From an uncultured delta proteobacterium (lineage in GTDB: Bacteria; Bdellovibrionota; FAC87; UBA2466), in assembly GCA_963778115.1 (NCBI GenBank), contig CAVZSV010000004.1:1952001-2016000 (forward strand): a stretch of 64,000 bases of DNA, given 5' to 3'. The notes under the pieces are model-generated. The model searched no databases and was not told where the DNA came from. It saw only the letters and a list, made by a program, of their open reading frames with translations. Both the position numbers and the translations under genes were made by a program. Of the stretch, positions 58,663 to 64,000 are shown piece by piece (the first letter of the stretch is position 1; each line of letters opens with the position of its first letter).

Positions 58663-61047
58663 ATGATATTGAATCACTCCGAGACCGGCGGCTATTCCGA
58701 GCTCTCTTCAAATAAGAATTCGGACACAGGCTTCGTCGCTTTCGAATTAAAAAGGTTGCTGTGCTTGGCGTGCACCGTGGCACTGCTCATGGCCTTACTG
58801 TCCTACTCTCCCACCGATCCTTCGTGGAGTACGTGGAGTACCGACGGAAGACTCCATAACTGGATGGGAAGATTTGGAAGTATCTTGGCCGATACTCTCT
58901 ACCAACTCTTCGGACTTACCGCTCTTGCGCTCGCCGCATTACCCACCGTCATTGCGACAAAGATGCCCTTTCGCGACAACGGCAATTGGGGAACTCGAAG
59001 TATCGGCCCTTTCCTGATGGTGTCTTCGTTAGGCATTCTCTTTCAAACCTCGTTCCCTCACCATTGGATGCCATGGCAGTTATCGCACCCGGGTGGACTT
59101 TTGGGAGAACTTTTAGCCCAAGTTTTAGGATTTGCCGTAGGGTCAATGGGAGTTCGGTTAGTCGCGGTGGTGGCGTTCTTGTGCTCGCTGATTTTGGTAT
59201 TTCGTTGGCAGCTTATTACCCGAACCGAAAACTGGTTTAGAAAGAGTGCTCCCCGTTCCATCCCGGTGATATTGCCCATTCTCAAGCAACAGATTAATCA
59301 CACCAAGAAACTTCCCTCAGTTTGGTCGGCATTGAGAGCCAAGTTCACAAAAGTAAAACAGCAACCGGTCGAACCAGGTTCACCAGTCCCCAGTGAATTG
59401 CCCTCCTTAGATGCGGGCGCCAACGACGAACAGACGACGGAAGAGATGACGGATGAAGACGCAAACGACGGTGAGAGTGAAGAGAATTCCGAAGAAGGTG
59501 AAGACGTTCAAGTTCCCGAGGCGCTTATCGGTGCCACCATCGCCGAACCGGTAAAACGAGCGCCTCAACAAAAAATTCCAAAAAATCGCGTCCACAAGGG
59601 ACGGCGCCAAACGTTTCAGCTACCACACCTGCAGTTACTCTCCGGAAAGGCCGAATCCAAAAATAAACCCGTGGAAAAGAGCTGGTATCTCGAGAAGGGA
59701 AATATCTTAGTCCAAAAGCTAAAAGACTTTGGAGTGGATGGCGAAGTGGTTCATATTTCCCCGGGACCTGTCATCACCGTTTACGAATTTAAACCGGCCA
59801 GCGGAGTAAAGATCAAAGAGATTTCAAACCTTTCGGACGATTTAACCCTGGCGCTTAGTGTCCTAAGCGTTCGCATCGTGGCTCCTATTCCGGGGAAACC
59901 TGTGGTCGGTATTGAAATTCCTAGCCCTCACCGCGAAATGGTTTTTTTCAAAGACTTGATTCAAGAAACCCCCTTTTTCAAAAGTGAAATTAAAATTCCC
60001 ATCGTCTTGGGGCGTTTGGCTTCGGGAGAGCCCGTAGCCGCGGATCTCGCGTCAATGCCGCACTTACTTATCGCCGGATCTACGGGTACGGGAAAATCGG
60101 TTTTCATGAACACGCTGATCTCAAGCCTTCTTTATCGGTTCAGTCCCGAACAACTAAAATTGATTCTCGTCGATCCTAAGATGGTGGAGCTCAGTCAGTA
60201 TGAAGGAATTCCTCATCTGCTGTTGCCTGTTGTCGTGGATTCGAAAAAGGCAGTCATGGCATTACGCTGGACGGTTGATGAGATGGAACGACGGTACACG
60301 GCGATGCACCAATTCGGAGTGCGTCACATTGATGCTTTTAATGAAAAGCTCTGCGAATACCACAAAGAAGGAAAGGAGCTCGATTACGCTCCTTTGCCCT
60401 ACATCGTCGTCGTAATCGACGAGTATGCGGACTTGATGGCGGTTGTCCCCAAAGAGGTGGAACTTTCCATTGCGCGGCTTGCACAAAAAGCTCGCGCTAG
60501 CGGGATCCATCTCGTTCTGGCAACCCAGCGCCCCTCAACCGATGTCGTAACGGGTACGATTAAAGCCAACTTCCCGACCCGCCTGTCGTTTCGCGTGGCC
60601 TCCTCGATCGACTCGAAAACGATCTTGGATCGCACCGGAGCCGAAAGGCTCCTGGGTCACGGAGATATGCTCTTTCATTCGGCGGGCTTTACCACTCTAA
60701 AACGCATGCAGGGCCCCTTTCTCTCAGATGCCGACACCAACCGAGTCGTCGAGTACTTAAAGGCCCAGGGCGAACCCGAATACGATGAAAAAATTCTAGC
60801 CCAAGCGGAAGAGATAGATCTCGATGGATCCCCATCTGCCGACTCCGATGACGAAGAAGGAAGGCTTTACGATCAAGCGGTACGCATCGTCACGGAAAAA
60901 GGCGAAGCCAGTATCTCCCTCATCCAAAGACACTTACGCATCGGTTACAACAGAGCCGCGACGTTGATGGAACAGATGGAAAAAGAGGGGGTCGTAGGGG
61001 CTTCGACCGGCCCCGCCAAAAGACGCTCGGTGCTCGTCAATTCCTAG
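58663..61047 (+). CDS. ftsK: DNA translocase FtsK
   Basis: N-terminal TM domain, MPHLLIAGSTGTGKS, ATQRPS and gamma domain QRHLRIGYNRAA. Confidence 0.97.
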   Translation: MILNHSETGGYSELSSNKNSDTGFVAFELKRLLCLACTVALLMALLSYSPTDPSWSTWSTDGRLHNWMGRFGSILADTLYQLFGLTALALAALPTVIATKMPFRDNGNWGTRSIGPFLMVSSLGILFQTSFPHHWMPWQLSHPGGLLGELLAQVLGFAVGSMGVRLVAVVAFLCSLILVFRWQLITRTENWFRKSAPRSIPVILPILKQQINHTKKLPSVWSALRAKFTKVKQQPVEPGSPVPSELPSLDAGANDEQTTEEMTDEDANDGESEENSEEGEDVQVPEALIGATIAEPVKRAPQQKIPKNRVHKGRRQTFQLPHLQLLSGKAESKNKPVEKSWYLEKGNILVQKLKDFGVDGEVVHISPGPVITVYEFKPASGVKIKEISNLSDDLTLALSVLSVRIVAPIPGKPVVGIEIPSPHREMVFFKDLIQETPFFKSEIKIPIVLGRLASGEPVAADLASMPHLLIAGSTGTGKSVFMNTLISSLLYRFSPEQLKLILVDPKMVELSQYEGIPHLLLPVVVDSKKAVMALRWTVDEMERRYTAMHQFGVRHIDAFNEKLCEYHKEGKELDYAPLPYIVVVIDEYADLMAVVPKEVELSIARLAQKARASGIHLVLATQRPSTDVVTGTIKANFPTRLSFRVASSIDSKTILDRTGAERLLGHGDMLFHSAGFTTLKRMQGPFLSDADTNRVVEYLKAQGEPEYDEKILAQAEEIDLDGSPSADSDDEEGRLYDQAVRIVTEKGEASISLIQRHLRIGYNRAATLMEQMEKEGVVGASTGPAKRRSVLVNS

Positions 61048-61094
61048 TTGGGATTCCTATATTCCCCCGGTGTGAAATTTGCTAAAACGAAAAG

Positions 61095-61745
61095 GTGAAA
61101 TCTCTCCTCTTTAGCATTTGCGTGCTATTTGCATTTTCTTCTCTGGCCGCCTCCCCGGCCAAGCAGTCACCGGCTGACATCCAACTGGCCAAACTTCAAG
61201 CCTCCTGGGACAAGATCAAATCGTTCAAGGCCGACTTTGTCCAATTGGTCTCTTCGAAAGCCATGCAGGGGTTGCCCCCCGATGAGACAAAAGGGGTCAT
61301 CTATGTGGAACGGCCTTCCAAACTGCGCTGGGAGTCCCAGACCGACGGAAGCCTACAAATTCTCTCGGATGACGAGCTTAAGGTTATCCATAAGAATGAG
61401 CGGGGAACCACCTTAGTCGATATCTATGGCCGGATTAGCAACTCGGTCGGAGCTAAATCCCTGAATTTCCTTACCGGAAAGGCGAAATTCGCCGTCCTGT
61501 ACGATGTCGTCCTCGTGGGCCAGTCTCCCAAGAAGGTAACGCTCAAGTTGACCCCCCGCGATACCAGCCGGGAAACTTATATTGCGGAAATAAACAAAGC
61601 CGGATATTTTCTCGAGACTTTGACGACCGATACGGAGGACACTTCGGTAGTGATGAAGTTCTCGAATGTACGGCGCAATCTCACCTTGGATAAGACACTT
61701 TTTGAGTACCGCGCCCAGCCCACCGATATCGTTCACCGGCAATGA
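61095..61745 (+). CDS. lolA: outer-membrane lipoprotein carrier LolA family
   Basis: Signal peptide; SFKADFVQ and G.IYVERPSKLRW motifs; follows ftsK. Confidence 0.8.
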   Translation: MKSLLFSICVLFAFSSLAASPAKQSPADIQLAKLQASWDKIKSFKADFVQLVSSKAMQGLPPDETKGVIYVERPSKLRWESQTDGSLQILSDDELKVIHKNERGTTLVDIYGRISNSVGAKSLNFLTGKAKFAVLYDVVLVGQSPKKVTLKLTPRDTSRETYIAEINKAGYFLETLTTDTEDTSVVMKFSNVRRNLTLDKTLFEYRAQPTDIVHRQ

Positions 61746-61772
61746 TCTAGGTAACTTTTTTAAGAGGAGCGC

Positions 61773-62261
61773 ATGCCTTCATTTGATATCACGGTAAAGA
61801 TGGATTTGGCCGAGGTCGATAACGCGATCAACCAAGCGCAAAAAGAGTTGGCTCAGCGCTATGACTTTAAAGGCAGTAAAAGCGAAATCAAGTGGGACAA
61901 GAAAAACGAAATCATCCTGGTTTCGGACGATGAGTATAAGCTAAAGGCGCTCACGGAAATTTTGCAGGGAAAAATGATCAAGCGTGGATTAAGCCTCAAG
62001 AATGTAACGTTTGGAAAGGTCGAACCCGCCTTCGAGGGAACCGTTCGCCAAAAGCTAACGCTACAGCAAGGGATACCGGGAGATAAGGCAAAAGAGCTTA
62101 TCAAGATGATCAAAGCGACTTCGCTTAAAGTGCAATCCCAACATCAAGACGAACAGGTTCGTGTTACCGGAAAAAAACGCGACGACTTGCAGGAAGCGAT
62201 CGCTTTTGTCAGAAAAGCGGATTTAGGTTTGGATTTCCAATTTGAAAACTTTAGAGATTAG
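61773..62261 (+). CDS. yajQ: YajQ family cyclic di-GMP-binding protein
   Basis: MPSFDI, RYDFKG, RVTGKKRDDLQ and QFENFRD motifs. Confidence 0.95.
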   Translation: MPSFDITVKMDLAEVDNAINQAQKELAQRYDFKGSKSEIKWDKKNEIILVSDDEYKLKALTEILQGKMIKRGLSLKNVTFGKVEPAFEGTVRQKLTLQQGIPGDKAKELIKMIKATSLKVQSQHQDEQVRVTGKKRDDLQEAIAFVRKADLGLDFQFENFRD

Positions 62262-62270
62262 GCGGATAGT

Positions 62271-63623
62271 TTGATTGAATTAAAGACACCTGAGCCCTCC
62301 CCGAATAAGACGATATTTTTTCAAAGTCTCGGGTGCCCCAAAAACCTCGTCGATGCCGAGGTAATGCTTGGAATCACTTCGAAGGATAGTTATCAAATAG
62401 TTCCGTCCCCAGAGAATGCGTCGGTCATCGTTCTAAACACCTGCAGTTTCATCGAAGCCTCTAAACGAGAGTCTATTGATGCTATCTTGGCGTTAGCGGA
62501 ATATAAGGACAAGGGAAGTTGCGAGCGTCTCATCGTCACAGGCTGTTTGCCCCAACGATATAAAGCGGACTTGAAAGTTTCTTTCCCTGAGGTGGACGCG
62601 TTCGTCGGAACGGGCCAATACGGGCAAATTCTAGAATTTATCTCGGGCAAACGTGAAGAAGATTTTGGGTTTAAACATCCTAAGTACATCCACTCCGAAC
62701 ATACCCCGCGAATCAATTCTCAACCTTCGCATCGCGCTTATCTTAAGTTGTCCGAAGGGTGCATCAAAAATTGCGCTTTCTGTATTATCCCTAAAATCCG
62801 AGGAACTTTAAGAAGTCGTACTATCGAGTCTCTGGTAACAGAGGCCACCCATCTAGTCTCCACGGGTGTCGTAGAGCTTAATTTGATCGCCCAAGACTTA
62901 ACCGATTATGGAAGGGACCTCAGAGACAGCTCCAATTTGGTGGCTCTTTTGAAGTCTCTCGCCAAGATCGACGGTTTACAGTGGATTCGCCTCTTGTATG
63001 TCTATCCCGACGAAATGTCAGACGAACTCTTGGATCTGATCGCTAGCGAGCCAAAAATTTGTAAGTACATCGATATGCCGGTGCAACACATTAACGACCG
63101 AATGCTTGGTATCATGAATCGAAAAGTGACCGGAGCCCAAATTCGAGAGCGCATCGAAACGCTGCGAACTCGAATTCCTGGAGCTTCGATCCGAAGTACG
63201 GTTATCGTTGGCTATCCCAGCGAAACGGAAGAAGAGTTTGCCCAGCTCTGTGACTTTGTGGAGCACGTAGGCTTCGATCACCTGGGTGTCTTTGCCTATT
63301 CTCATGAAGAGGGAACCGCCTCATACGCTTTACCCGGACAGCTGGAAGATTCCGTGAAAGAAAATAGGCGCCATCGTCTGATGCGAATCCAACAGAAGAT
63401 CTCCGAAAAGAAATTGAAAAATCGAGTGGGAGAAACCATTCCCGTTCTTATCGAAGATATTTCCGATGAGTCCGAGTTCCTCTGGAAAGGTCGCCATCAG
63501 GGACAGGCTCCCGATATCGACGGAGTGGTGCTTTTGCGCGGTGGTGATTTAAAGCGGGGAAAGATCCAGAGGGTAAAGCTGGAACGCGCGATGGAATACG
63601 ACTACATCGGGCGCGTGGTTTAA
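62271..63623 (+). CDS. rimO: ribosomal protein S12 methylthiotransferase
   Basis: SLGCPKNLVD, NTCSFI, radical-SAM CxxxCxxC (EGCIKNCAFC) and TRAM-domain APDIDG. Confidence 0.95.
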   Translation: MIELKTPEPSPNKTIFFQSLGCPKNLVDAEVMLGITSKDSYQIVPSPENASVIVLNTCSFIEASKRESIDAILALAEYKDKGSCERLIVTGCLPQRYKADLKVSFPEVDAFVGTGQYGQILEFISGKREEDFGFKHPKYIHSEHTPRINSQPSHRAYLKLSEGCIKNCAFCIIPKIRGTLRSRTIESLVTEATHLVSTGVVELNLIAQDLTDYGRDLRDSSNLVALLKSLAKIDGLQWIRLLYVYPDEMSDELLDLIASEPKICKYIDMPVQHINDRMLGIMNRKVTGAQIRERIETLRTRIPGASIRSTVIVGYPSETEEEFAQLCDFVEHVGFDHLGVFAYSHEEGTASYALPGQLEDSVKENRRHRLMRIQQKISEKKLKNRVGETIPVLIEDISDESEFLWKGRHQGQAPDIDGVVLLRGGDLKRGKIQRVKLERAMEYDYIGRVV

Positions 63624-63670
63624 GAGTCTCGCCATCATATAGACGCTCTGGTAGCATCGTGATCGTCATC

Positions 63671-64000
63671 ATGAAATATCTTCTCGTATTTTTCTTACTC
63701 CTTACCTCAAGCAGTAGGCTAATGGCCGATTATGGCTGGATGCCCAAAGATCAGGGTTTGTTCTTAAGCGTCGGTGGGGATTATTTCCAATCGGGAGACA
63801 ATTTCCAAACTAACGGCACCCATTCTCCTATCCTCTACGACGGAGCCAGTTCGCGCTACACGGCATATCATTTTTGGGCGGAACCCGAATACACGTTTAC
63901 CTCCAACTGGTCGGGACGTCTTCGTTTGGGATTTATTTCCAATTCAGTTAGTTCGAATAGCGGAATCAATTTTCTTTCGGGCAGTGGCATCTCGGAAATT
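63671..64000 (+). CDS. secreted/outer-membrane beta-barrel-like protein, 5' part only
   Basis: Not in the ORF track; MKYLLVFFLLLTSSSRLMA signal peptide then beta-strand-like sequence, open to the window end. Confidence 0.6.
   Translation, partial: MKYLLVFFLLLTSSSRLMADYGWMPKDQGLFLSVGGDYFQSGDNFQTNGTHSPILYDGASSRYTAYHFWAEPEYTFTSNWSGRLRLGFISNSVSSNSGINFLSGSGISEI

Noticed and set aside
104..63672. Numerous 60-170 aa ORFs antisense to or nested within identified genes
   Set aside because: These are shadow frames of well-supported genes with no motifs or independent RBS evidence.

Overview
A bacterial chromosomal window, most likely from a Bdellovibrionota/deltaproteobacterium-like organism. This assignment is inferred from topoisomerase VI, tandem lspA, many secreted hypothetical proteins and the gene order. 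Most of it is housekeeping: grxD-bolA, gmd, gatCAB, uvrD/pcrA, top6A/B, gltA, proC, tRNA-Val, RNase J, metK, tig-clpP-clpX-lon, two lspA, rho, csp and ftsK-lolA-yajQ-rimO. An accessory block at about 9.8-25.7 kb has two divergent arms. The minus-strand arm encodes secreted and regulatory hypotheticals (RCC1-like, trypsin-like, TPR-wHTH) and holds a strongly structured, repeat-rich intergenic element at 15764-15953. The plus-strand arm (17307-25679) is a tightly coupled tandem array of six paralogous signal-peptide proteins. They share an N-terminal 'AYLQ..GWAV..E..VYFQECG' domain, and the longer copies also share a C-type-lectin-like segment and an HTH/LysM-like motif, with exchangeable C-termini. 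One copy is N-domain only and one is broken by two homopolymer frameshifts. This array is the best candidate for an undescribed system, possibly a diversified surface or prey-recognition repertoire. I saw no CRISPR array, reverse transcriptase, integrase, transposase or rRNA. All domain calls come from reading motifs by eye, not from database searches.
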